A stretch of DNA of 64,000 nucleotides, from the NCBI GenBank assembly GCA_965223295.1, contig CBDCWC010000003.1, forward strand, positions 1,152,001-1,216,000. The letters run 5' to 3'. The notes beneath the pieces are model-generated. The model searched no databases and was not told the origin of the DNA. It saw only the letters and a list, made by a program, of their open reading frames with translations. Positions 1-8,716 of the stretch are shown here, piece after piece. Position 1 is the stretch's first letter; the number at the start of each line of letters is the position of its first letter. The translations under genes and the position numbers were made by a program. This stretch comes from Nitrospirales bacterium. Its GTDB lineage: Bacteria; Nitrospirota; Nitrospiria; Nitrospirales; UBA8639.

Positions 1-1
1 G

Positions 2-763
2 GGCACGGTTTCTACGATGCATGGCCTGCTTCCTGTTCCGGGACCGGCTGTCGCCCAGATGGCTCAAGGTATGACCGTTTTGTCGAATGGGCCAGAGTTA
101 GAATTCACCACCCCGACTGGGATGGCCTTGATCAAAACGCTCTCTCAAAATTGTAAAACGCTTCCTCCCTTAACGCCACAGAGGATTGGATATGGCGCAG
201 GCACAGGCGATCCGGAAGGATGGCCAAATGTCCTTCGTCTGTTTCTCGGACAAGCAGAATCTGAAGCCCCTGTCACTTCAGAGAAAATAATACAACTGGA
301 AACGAACATCGATGATATGAACCCGCAGTTGTACGACCAGATGGTGAACCATCTTTTTGAGGCTGGTGCGTTAGATGTGACACTGACCCCGACCATGATG
401 AAACGCAATCGGCCCGGCACGATTGTTTCAGTCGTGGCATGGCCTCACAACCTTCAGACCTTGACCAACATTCTGCTGTCCGAAACCACCACATTGGGCA
501 TTCGTGTTCAAGAACTCTCCCGTGTAGTCATCCCTCGTAGGGTGCAAACCGTTCGCCTGCCTCAGGGATCGGTTCACGTGAAAATTGCGGATCTTGGGAA
601 TGGGCAAAGGAAAATCACTCCGGAATATCGAGATTGTGTGGCACTAGCTGAACGAACCAATCAGCCTGTTCAAACGATTATCGATCAGGCCCGGCACATA
701 TTTACGGAGGCAAACACGTCTCAGTCGGCTTCGCGATCAAGAAAATCCATCAGGGAATGTTGA
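2..763 (+). CDS. larC: Nickel pincer cofactor biosynthesis protein LarC (5'-truncated by window edge)
   Basis: Motifs HGLLPVPGPA, ELEFTTPTGMA, GYGAG, LETNIDDM, MKRNRPG, ETTTLGIR and PEYRDC are typical of LarC; the frame is open to the window start. Confidence 0.9.
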   Translation, partial: GTVSTMHGLLPVPGPAVAQMAQGMTVLSNGPELEFTTPTGMALIKTLSQNCKTLPPLTPQRIGYGAGTGDPEGWPNVLRLFLGQAESEAPVTSEKIIQLETNIDDMNPQLYDQMVNHLFEAGALDVTLTPTMMKRNRPGTIVSVVAWPHNLQTLTNILLSETTTLGIRVQELSRVVIPRRVQTVRLPQGSVHVKIADLGNGQRKITPEYRDCVALAERTNQPVQTIIDQARHIFTEANTSQSASRSRKSIREC

Positions 764-874
764 AAAAAGCCGCCAGCGGCGTTCTCGCCATTGTTCCGTG
801 CTCACGTCATACCAGGACGCTCCGCGCGCAAAAAGGGCTGCGGCCTTGCTGGACGGACTTTTTTGACCATTTCC
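754..874. repeat. ~120-bp palindromic interspersed element (MITE/REPIN-like), copy 1
   Basis: Imperfect terminal inverted repeats GGAATGTTGAAAAAAGCCGCCAGC ... GCTGGACGGACTTTTTTGACCATTTCC; close inverted copy at 21520-21641. Confidence 0.85.
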
Positions 875-969
875 ATCGCATTGAAGTCACCAGTACTCTG
901 AAGGCCTTTTCGTAACCTGAAATTGAATTATTCAACGGTCCCCATCAAGTATTCCTGATAAATATCAAC

Positions 970-2016
970 ATGGCTGCCTTACCTCATCGCAAACCCATTC
1001 TGGCCATCACTATGGGTGATCCAGCAGGCATTGGACCTGAGATTATTGTGAAGGCCTTGCAGGTTCCAAAAGTCTGGCGAATCTGCCGACCATTAATCAT
1101 TGGTAATCGCGCAATTCTTGAAAAGACGACTCAATCACTCAAAGCTACTCTTACAACCCTGGTAGTCGACGGACATGAAGAATCTTCAGCAAGGCAGGCG
1201 TTTCGACGTGGACATCTTCCAATCTTCGATCCTTTTCCCAACCCAATTCGATCAATTAAGTTAGGTCGCGTGTCGGCTAAGGCTGGGGGAATAGCTGTCA
1301 CCTGCATTGAATCAGCCGTGCGGTTAGCTCAGGCCGGTTGTGTTGATGGTATTGTGACAGCACCCATCAACAAAGAAGCGATGCACCTTGCAGGCAATGT
1401 GTACCCTGGGCATACCGAAATGTTAGCGGACCTGACTCAGGCGAAAGAATCCGGCATGATGATCGTGGGTGGACCGTTAAAAATCGTCTTTACCACAACC
1501 CACTTGCCTTTACGGGATGTCGCCAAGGCATTAACCATTCCAAGAATTGTGAAAGCCATTCGCTTAACACAGATGGGGTTACAGCAGTTATTTGGAGTCA
1601 AGAAACCTCGGATTGCCGTTGCGGGTTTCAATCCCCACGCAGGAGAACATGGTTTGTTTGGGAACGAAGAGGTCAGACTCATTCTTCCAGCTCTCACACG
1701 AGCTAAAGCCCAAGGCATTGCATGCAGCGGCCCTCACCCTGCGGATACCATGTTTGCGAAAGCATTAACTGGTGCATTTGATGGCATTGTGGCGCTCTAT
1801 CACGATCAAGGCTTAATTCCGTTAAAGACGGTGGCCTTTGGTCACTGTGTCAATATTACCGTCGGCCTCCCAATCCTTCGCACTTCCGTCGATCATGGAA
1901 CAGCATTCGATATCGCAGGAAAAGGGAAGGCTGATCCTACAAGTCTAGTCGACGCCATTGCCATGGCCGCCCAGTTAGCTCAGAAATTTGTCTCTAAGAG
2001 CGGAGGAACAAACTGA
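970..2016 (+). CDS. pdxA: 4-hydroxythreonine-4-phosphate dehydrogenase
   Basis: ITMGDPAGIGPE, TAPINKE, GHTE, NPHAGE, YHDQGLIP, RTSVDHGTAFDIAG. Confidence 0.95.
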   Translation: MAALPHRKPILAITMGDPAGIGPEIIVKALQVPKVWRICRPLIIGNRAILEKTTQSLKATLTTLVVDGHEESSARQAFRRGHLPIFDPFPNPIRSIKLGRVSAKAGGIAVTCIESAVRLAQAGCVDGIVTAPINKEAMHLAGNVYPGHTEMLADLTQAKESGMMIVGGPLKIVFTTTHLPLRDVAKALTIPRIVKAIRLTQMGLQQLFGVKKPRIAVAGFNPHAGEHGLFGNEEVRLILPALTRAKAQGIACSGPHPADTMFAKALTGAFDGIVALYHDQGLIPLKTVAFGHCVNITVGLPILRTSVDHGTAFDIAGKGKADPTSLVDAIAMAAQLAQKFVSKSGGTN

Positions 2017-2058
2017 ATAGAAAGTTACAGAGTAAGCACCACCTTCTTCACTCTATTT

Positions 2059-2134
2059 GTCATACCCACAGTCGTAAGTGGGTATCCATCTTTCAAAAAC
2101 ATCAAACCTAGGTTCCTGTTTTCACAGGAATGAC
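2059..2134. repeat. Short double-hairpin palindromic element (RPE/dRS3/CIR-like)
   Basis: GTCAT...ATGAC ends enclosing hairpins ATACCCAC-N8-GTGGGTAT and TTCCTGT-TTTC-ACAGGAA. Confidence 0.6.
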
Positions 2135-2155
2135 GAAAATATACGACCTTAAAGC

Positions 2156-3547
2156 ATGGCCCCTTCTCCTTCCAACGCCAGAAAATTTGCTTGCAACGTG
2201 CTCCTGACCATTTATCGCAATCAAGCTTTTGCAGATGACGTCTTTGATACCACAACAAAAAATATCCCTTTGTCGGAGCCAGATCGTCTCCTAGCGTTTG
2301 AATTGGTTTATGGCGTCTTGCGATATGCGGTCACCCTGGATTGGCGGCTCGACCATCTTTCACGCAAACCCATGGCACGTTTGCCCCTGAATGTCGCCAC
2401 CACCTTACGTATCGCGGCCTATCAATTACTGTATCTGGACCGCATCCCAGACTCAGCAGCGGTGAATGAAGCGGTGAACCTGATTCGAAAACAGCCGGGA
2501 CACGATTGGGGTGGCCTCGTAAATGGCATCCTACGCAACTTGCTCCGGCGACCAGCCCCTCAGCTTCCTGATAACACCACCGATCCCGTTCAAGCCCTCT
2601 CGCTTCAATATGCCTGCCCAAACTGGATGGTCGAACGATGGATGAATGCTTTTGGATTCACCAACGCCGAAATCTTTTGCCGAAAAACACTGGAAATTCC
2701 TCCCTTGACGCTACGAACCAATACCTTACGATGTACCCGTGACGCATTATTGGAGCGCCTTGCCGTCGAAGGCATTTCCGCCCTGGAAACACGAGTGAGC
2801 TCGCTGGGAATTACCATCCAAAAATGTGGCAATCCAGGCCTACTACCAGTCGTCCAAGACGGTTGGTGTTATATCGAAGATGAGGCCGCCCAACTCATTC
2901 CACCGTTGCTGGACCCTCAACCTAGAGAACGAATTCTTGATGCCTGCGCAGCTCCCGGTGGAAAGACTACTCATCTCGCTCAATTGATGAAGAACCAGGG
3001 CGCCATTGTTGCTGTCGATAGACAGAACAAACGGTTAACCCGAGTGCGGGAAAATTGTGATCGATTAGGGATAAATAATGTGCAATCCCATGAATATGAC
3101 CTGACAACTGACATAAAGGAGGTCAATTTTTCTTCATCTCACTCTGACACACTCAATGAACCATTTGATCGCATCTTAGTTGATGCTCCTTGTTCGGGGC
3201 TGGGGATATTGCGGCGACACCCCGAAGGGAAAATGCAGAAGCAGCTTTCGATGATCAACGAGTCCAGCATGCTGCAGCAACAAATTCTCGATCGAGTTGG
3301 CCAGCTCTTGAGACCAGGGGGAATCTTGGTCTATAGTGCCTGCTCAATTGAACCGGAGGAGACCACAGAGGTCATCTCCGCGTTTTGCCAGGAACATCCT
3401 GATTTTCAGCCTGAACCCGTGACACCTTGGATGGCCTCTACCGGGTCTTCGCTCGTAACAGAGCAGGGATATTTGTGTACGGCGTTTCAGTCGTTTAACA
3501 TGGACGGATTCTTTGCATGCCGGTTAAAAAAATCTGATATCTCATGA
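2156..3547 (+). CDS. rsmB: 16S rRNA m5C967 methyltransferase (Sun)
   Basis: NusB-like N-terminus (ELVYGVLR, AAVNEAV), LDACAAPGGKT, DAPCSGLG, VYSACS, DGFF. Confidence 0.93.
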   Translation: MAPSPSNARKFACNVLLTIYRNQAFADDVFDTTTKNIPLSEPDRLLAFELVYGVLRYAVTLDWRLDHLSRKPMARLPLNVATTLRIAAYQLLYLDRIPDSAAVNEAVNLIRKQPGHDWGGLVNGILRNLLRRPAPQLPDNTTDPVQALSLQYACPNWMVERWMNAFGFTNAEIFCRKTLEIPPLTLRTNTLRCTRDALLERLAVEGISALETRVSSLGITIQKCGNPGLLPVVQDGWCYIEDEAAQLIPPLLDPQPRERILDACAAPGGKTTHLAQLMKNQGAIVAVDRQNKRLTRVRENCDRLGINNVQSHEYDLTTDIKEVNFSSSHSDTLNEPFDRILVDAPCSGLGILRRHPEGKMQKQLSMINESSMLQQQILDRVGQLLRPGGILVYSACSIEPEETTEVISAFCQEHPDFQPEPVTPWMASTGSSLVTEQGYLCTAFQSFNMDGFFACRLKKSDIS

Positions 3548-4215
3548 CAACACCTCTTATTGCCCCGTCCATTCTTTCTGCTGATTTTGCCCGTTTGGCT
3601 GATGCCGTGCAGCAAGTCGAAGCGGCCGGCGCTGATTGGATTCATGTTGATGTGATGGATGGCCACTTTGTGCCCAATCTTACCGTGGGTCCCCCCATGG
3701 TTGAAGCTCTTCGCAAGGTGACCAGTTTGCCCTTAGACGTTCACCTCATGATGACGAATCCCGATGAGTTTATTCCGGAGTTTGCGAAGGCAGGGGCGGA
3801 TGTGTTGACCGTGCACGTGGAAACCTGCCCACATCTCCATCGAACCGTTCAAGCTATTAAAGAATATAAAGTGAAAGCCGGAGTCAGCTTAAACCCTGCG
3901 ACTTCCGCTTCCACGATTGAACAAATTCTTGGCGATGTGGATCTGGTATTGGTGATGTCTGTGAATCCCGGATTTGGTGGACAAAAATTTATTGATTCCA
4001 CCTTGAATAAAATTCGTCAGATTCGCACCATGATTGCGGCCTCAAAGGGTTCACCCTATCTTGAAGTCGATGGAGGAATTACCGTGCAAAATGTGGCATC
4101 CGTCCTGAAAGCTGGGGCGAATATACTCGTAGCCGGTTCCGCTATTTTTGGCAGCGCTAATATGCCGGAAACCATTCGGCAACTGCGCACGGCAGGGCAA
4201 ACGGTGACTGTCTAA
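3544..4215 (+). CDS. rpe: Ribulose-phosphate 3-epimerase
   Basis: IAPSILSADF, HVDVMDGHFVPN, MSVNPGFGGQ, EVDGG; ATGA overlap with rsmB. Confidence 0.97.
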   Translation: MTTPLIAPSILSADFARLADAVQQVEAAGADWIHVDVMDGHFVPNLTVGPPMVEALRKVTSLPLDVHLMMTNPDEFIPEFAKAGADVLTVHVETCPHLHRTVQAIKEYKVKAGVSLNPATSASTIEQILGDVDLVLVMSVNPGFGGQKFIDSTLNKIRQIRTMIAASKGSPYLEVDGGITVQNVASVLKAGANILVAGSAIFGSANMPETIRQLRTAGQTVTV

Positions 4216-4222
4216 TTTTTCT

Positions 4223-5782
4223 ATGGATTCCCCCAACCAAACCGATAGTCTCCACCCACTGGAAATTCAAGTCCTTCGAGCCCTTGGGGCAGCGGAATCA
4301 AACTCGCTGAAGGATCACGAAATGGTTCAAGCGACAGCACTCGCCTCTTCACAAATCAGCATGGCCGTTGGCTGGCTGCTCACCAAACAATTCGTGCGCT
4401 TGGTCTCTGAAACAACCACCACTCTTGTCGGGTTAACCGAAGTCGGGTCGCAATTTCAACAGGCCGCTTCACCACCGGAGTGGATTCTTCAGACCGTCAA
4501 GGCCGCCTCTCAGAATGGTCAAACGGTTACCGTGAAAGATCTTCAAGCTGCGGGAACATTTCAACCATCAGAACTCAGCCGGGCATTTGGTCTGTTGAAA
4601 AAGGAAGGGGCGATTTCCTTAGGGTCAGGCGGATCGCTACAAGTGACAGGGCAGGAAAGTGTTTCGGTCAGAACTTTACGGTCGTTATTGAATCAAATCC
4701 ATCATAGTTCCCAACCTTTGGATTCATTTTCCAGTGAGCAGCAAGTCTTGCTGAGGCAATACTCGGTCAAACGTGGCAATACCCAGGAACCATTTCGCAT
4801 TGATGACCACACTGAACGAGCGTACACCTTGACTCAAGAAGGACAGGCTCTGTTACCCCACCTGCGGGAAGATGCCGCGCAAGAAATTTCGCAATTGACG
4901 CCCGAGCTTTTAAAAGAGGGATCCTGGCGAAACTATTCGTTTCGCAAATACTCCATCCATCTCCGGCCGCCGCGATTGGCTGTGGGACGACGCCATGCCT
5001 ATCGCGAATTTCTGGATACGGTGAAAACCAAGTTGACGAGTATGGGGTTTCAGGAAATGCGAGGGGAATTGGTCGAAACAGAGTTTTGGGACATGGATGC
5101 CCTCTTTATGCCTCAATTTCATCCCGCGAGGGCCATTCATGATGTGTACTTTGTGAAAGAACCCACCCATGCCAGGCGCATTCCTGAACCTTTTCTCAGT
5201 CAAGTCGCTGATGCTCATAAGAATGGAGGCAACACGGGATCCAAAGGGTGGCAATATTCGTATGATCCTGAACGGGCCAAACGCTTGGTTCTGCGCAGTC
5301 AAGGGACAGCCGTTTCGGCTCGAACGTTGGCGACTAATCCACCCGTTCCCAGCAAATTTTTTTCCATTGCGCGTTGTTTTCGGTATGACCAGGTAGACGC
5401 GACACATGCCACTGATTTTTTCCAAGTTGAAGGGATTGTGTTGGGTTCGGATATTAACTTTCGGACCTTATTAGGCCTGCTGAAACTCTTCGCCACGGAA
5501 ATGGCCCAGGCCAAGGAAGTTCGATTTCTCCCTGCCTATTTCCCCTTTACCGAACCGTCGGTCGAAATGCACGTGCGTCATCCTAAACTTGGGTGGATGG
5601 AGCTTGGTGGCGCAGGCCTGTTTCGTTCAGAGGTGACCATGCCTTTGGGCGTGACCGTGCCAGTGATTGCCTGGGGCTTAGGCTTAGATCGCATGGCGAT
5701 GGTGGCCTTAGGCATTCAAGACATTCGAGATTTGTTTACTTCGGACTTAGAAGCGGTACGCAATATGCGCCAACAATTATAA
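4223..5782 (+). CDS. pheS: Phenylalanyl-tRNA synthetase alpha subunit, long archaeal/spirochete type
   Basis: 519 aa; class II motifs FMPQFHPAR, FRYDQVDATH, YFPFTEPS, GAGLFR, AWGLGLDR; about 220-aa N-terminal extension starting LHPLEIQVL. Confidence 0.93.
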   Translation: MDSPNQTDSLHPLEIQVLRALGAAESNSLKDHEMVQATALASSQISMAVGWLLTKQFVRLVSETTTTLVGLTEVGSQFQQAASPPEWILQTVKAASQNGQTVTVKDLQAAGTFQPSELSRAFGLLKKEGAISLGSGGSLQVTGQESVSVRTLRSLLNQIHHSSQPLDSFSSEQQVLLRQYSVKRGNTQEPFRIDDHTERAYTLTQEGQALLPHLREDAAQEISQLTPELLKEGSWRNYSFRKYSIHLRPPRLAVGRRHAYREFLDTVKTKLTSMGFQEMRGELVETEFWDMDALFMPQFHPARAIHDVYFVKEPTHARRIPEPFLSQVADAHKNGGNTGSKGWQYSYDPERAKRLVLRSQGTAVSARTLATNPPVPSKFFSIARCFRYDQVDATHATDFFQVEGIVLGSDINFRTLLGLLKLFATEMAQAKEVRFLPAYFPFTEPSVEMHVRHPKLGWMELGGAGLFRSEVTMPLGVTVPVIAWGLGLDRMAMVALGIQDIRDLFTSDLEAVRNMRQQL

Positions 5783-5791
5783 GACCTACCC

Positions 5792-7486
5792 ATGCCTACT
5801 ATCTCTATTTTTCAACAAGATTTTACCCAATTGGTCGGACAACCAGCTTCCATGTCGGACATTGAACAATGGCTGCCCTTTGTGAAGGGTGAACTGAAAG
5901 ATGTGTCCCCTGATACGGGCGAGATACGAGTTGAATTACAAGATACCAATCGTCCCGACCTCTGGTGCGTAGAAGGCATAGCCCGGCAAATTCGTTCGGT
6001 TCTTACTGGCGGCCAAACACCCTATCCGTTCTTTTCTACGCGGGGACGAGCGAAACGTCGCATCCAAGTGATGAAAGGCATGGAAACTGTCCGTCCGTAT
6101 GTCGCGGCTTGCGCCTCTTTTGGCTATTCCATGACTGAGGAAGGCCTAGCGCAATGTATTCAAACGCAAGAAAAACTCGCCGATGCGTTTGGCCGCAATC
6201 GGGAAACAGTTTCTATCGGGCTCTATCGCTTGGCATCCATCACATTTCCTGTGACCTATGGTCTGGTCAAACCCGATGAAGTGCGATTCACGCCGTTGGG
6301 ATTTGACGAAAAGATGACGCCTCAGGAAGTCCTGACCGTTCACCCAAAGGGCCAAGAATACGGAAGCATTGTGGCTGAGCACAAGCGACTTCCCCTGCTC
6401 TGGGATACCAATGGGCAAGTCTTGTCTTTTCCTCCCATCATCAATAGTCGAGAATTGGGTGAAGTGCAAATCGGGGATACGGAATTACTCGTGGAAGTGA
6501 CAGGAACAGACTTAGCCATGGTGATCTTGGCATTGAATATTTTTGCCAGCAACTTGGCTGATCGTGGCGCGATCATTGAACCTATCGACATTGTCTATCC
6601 CTATGAAACGACGATGGGCAAAACCGTGAAAACACCATTCGACATGGGCAATGGGCAACGCGTGACCTTACATGCGATTGAACAGGCCTTAGGCATGTCT
6701 CTTGGCATCGAAGCGATCCACACGGCTTTGGCCGCCTATGGGTATCAAGTCAAAGCCACTCGGCAATCCGTTTCTGTCAAACTGCCCGCCTTCAGGAATG
6801 ATCTCATGCATGTCATGGATGTGGCCGAAGATGTGGCGATTACACGCGGCTACGAATCGTTTACTCCCATCATGCCCCAAACATTTACGGTTGGCGCTCT
6901 GTCTGAAGAAGAACGGACAAGTGACCGCCTCCGTGATTTATTAATAGGGTTTGGGTTTCAAGAAATGTTCTCCAATATCTTGGCATCGCGGCAAGAATTT
7001 GTCGATCACATGCGCTTGATCGATACCAAACATGACACACTCGTGGAAGTCGACAATGTGATGTCGCTCACCTATGGTTGCTTGCGGCCTTCTATTCTTC
7101 CTTGTCTTCTCAAAGTGGAGGCATTATCGCCCCGCGTCTTTTATCCGCATTTGCTGTTTGAAGTTGGCGAAGTTGCCAGAGTGGAGAGAAAGGCGGATGT
7201 CGGCTCGCGAACCGTTTTATCTCTAGCCGCAATTGGAGCACATCCAGGTGTGAATTTTTCAGAAATGCATAGCTACTTGGATCTACTGATGTACTATATG
7301 GCCTGGCAATATGAACTCGAACCCGTGTCGCATCCGTCATTCTTAGATGGCCGGGTCGGTCAAATCCGTTGTGAAGGCCAGGAAGTGGGTTATATCGGAG
7401 AGTTTCATCCGGAAGTACTGGAAGCTTGGCAAATCGATATGCCGACTTCCGGGTTTGAGTTTGAGATCATGCCGCTGAGAACTTAG
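5792..7486 (+). CDS. pheT: Phenylalanyl-tRNA synthetase beta subunit, short archaeal type
   Basis: 564 aa; MPTI start, [37 protein letters not shown]; too short for the bacterial B2 and B8 domains. Confidence 0.92.
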   Translation: MPTISIFQQDFTQLVGQPASMSDIEQWLPFVKGELKDVSPDTGEIRVELQDTNRPDLWCVEGIARQIRSVLTGGQTPYPFFSTRGRAKRRIQVMKGMETVRPYVAACASFGYSMTEEGLAQCIQTQEKLADAFGRNRETVSIGLYRLASITFPVTYGLVKPDEVRFTPLGFDEKMTPQEVLTVHPKGQEYGSIVAEHKRLPLLWDTNGQVLSFPPIINSRELGEVQIGDTELLVEVTGTDLAMVILALNIFASNLADRGAIIEPIDIVYPYETTMGKTVKTPFDMGNGQRVTLHAIEQALGMSLGIEAIHTALAAYGYQVKATRQSVSVKLPAFRNDLMHVMDVAEDVAITRGYESFTPIMPQTFTVGALSEEERTSDRLRDLLIGFGFQEMFSNILASRQEFVDHMRLIDTKHDTLVEVDNVMSLTYGCLRPSILPCLLKVEALSPRVFYPHLLFEVGEVARVERKADVGSRTVLSLAAIGAHPGVNFSEMHSYLDLLMYYMAWQYELEPVSHPSFLDGRVGQIRCEGQEVGYIGEFHPEVLEAWQIDMPTSGFEFEIMPLRT

Positions 7487-7851
7487 GCAGCAGTCGGCTG
7501 TCCTTCACCTTGGGTAAGTGTGACCAGATGAGAAAATCCTTGGGGATCATGAATGGCCATTTCTGAAAGCATTTTTCGGTTGATCAGCACATTGGCCTTT
7601 TTCAATCCGTTGATAAACTGACTATAGGTCACACCCTGCGCCCGAACGGCAGCATTAATTCGGGTTACCCACAGTTGTCGAAAGTTGCGTTTCCGCTGTT
7701 TCCGTCCTACGTAGGCATAGGCTTGACCTTTATCAACTGATTCGGTTGCTGTCCTAAATAATTTGCTTTTTCCGCCAAATTGTCCTTTGGCAAGTTTCAA
7801 CCGTTTCTTACGTCGTTGCCGGGTTTGCGGCCCACCTTTTACCCTTGGCAT
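7483..7851 (-). CDS. rplT: 50S ribosomal protein L20
   Basis: [35 protein letters not shown]. Confidence 0.98.
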   Translation of the reverse strand: MPRVKGGPQTRQRRKKRLKLAKGQFGGKSKLFRTATESVDKGQAYAYVGRKQRKRNFRQLWVTRINAAVRAQGVTYSQFINGLKKANVLINRKMLSEMAIHDPQGFSHLVTLTQGEGQPTAA

Positions 7852-7933
7852 ACCTTCTCTCCTTTATTTCTCACAAAAGTTTTTACGATTTCGCTACTGC
7901 AACGTAGGCGTTTGTAAAACCCACCTCATGTTC

Positions 7934-8137
7934 TTATTTATAAGGAAGCAACCGAGACAGCGAATACTCATCGACTTTGCACACCACAGCTGGCTGGCCC
8001 AAACGTGCCTTCACCCGTGGAGCTTTGCTTGTCAAAATATGACGAATTTTGGCCTTACGGCGTATCCATTTGCCTGAACCCGAGCGTTTGAACCGTTTAC
8101 TGGCTCCAGAATGATTTTTTAACTTAAATCCTGCCAT
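7934..8137 (-). CDS. rpmI: 50S ribosomal protein L35
   Basis: KLKNHSGASKRFKRSGSGK, RHILT, LLPY; position between infC and rplT. Confidence 0.95.
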   Translation of the reverse strand: MAGFKLKNHSGASKRFKRSGSGKWIRRKAKIRHILTSKAPRVKARLGQPAVVCKVDEYSLSRLLPYK

Positions 8138-8197
8138 AATCGTGTTCCTTTGTGGCTAAAAACGTGGTGGCCTGATTTCCCATGGCTTCCGTCGTGA

Positions 8198-8716
8198 TTA
8201 TTTGGGAGAGACCACCATATATAGGTTTCGGCCTTCCATCCTTGGCGGACTTTCAATATTCCCCGCGCCTTTTAATTCCTCAATCACCTTCTGGATCGCT
8301 TGGAAGCCAAGTTCTCGATTCGCCATTTCCCGCCCCCGGAACATAACCGTAACTTTGGTCTTATTCCCATCTTCAAGGAAATCACGGATTTGACGGACTT
8401 TCGTTTCCATGTCGTGCTTGTCCGTCCGTGGGCGGAATTTAACTTCTTTAACCTGAGTCGACTTTTGGTTGAGTCGCATCCGATGTTCTTTTTTACTCTG
8501 TTCATACTTAAATTTCCCATGATCCATAATCCGGCAAACGGGAGGCTCAGCGGTGGGGGCAACTTCCACCAAATCATAACCTGCTTCTCTCGCTTGCCGG
8601 AGAGCTTCAGATGTTTTGAGAATCCCAAGTTGTTCGCCTTCGGCCCCAATGACCCGAACTTCAGGCACTTTTATGAGATGATTAATCCGTTGTTTGGGAG
8701 TCGACAATCGCGTCAT
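8198..8716 (-). CDS. infC: Translation initiation factor IF-3
   Basis: RINHLI..VRVI, DLVEVAP, PPVCRIMD, KEVKFRP, FRGRE. Confidence 0.97.
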   Translation of the reverse strand: MTRLSTPKQRINHLIKVPEVRVIGAEGEQLGILKTSEALRQAREAGYDLVEVAPTAEPPVCRIMDHGKFKYEQSKKEHRMRLNQKSTQVKEVKFRPRTDKHDMETKVRQIRDFLEDGNKTKVTVMFRGREMANRELGFQAIQKVIEELKGAGNIESPPRMEGRNLYMVVSPK

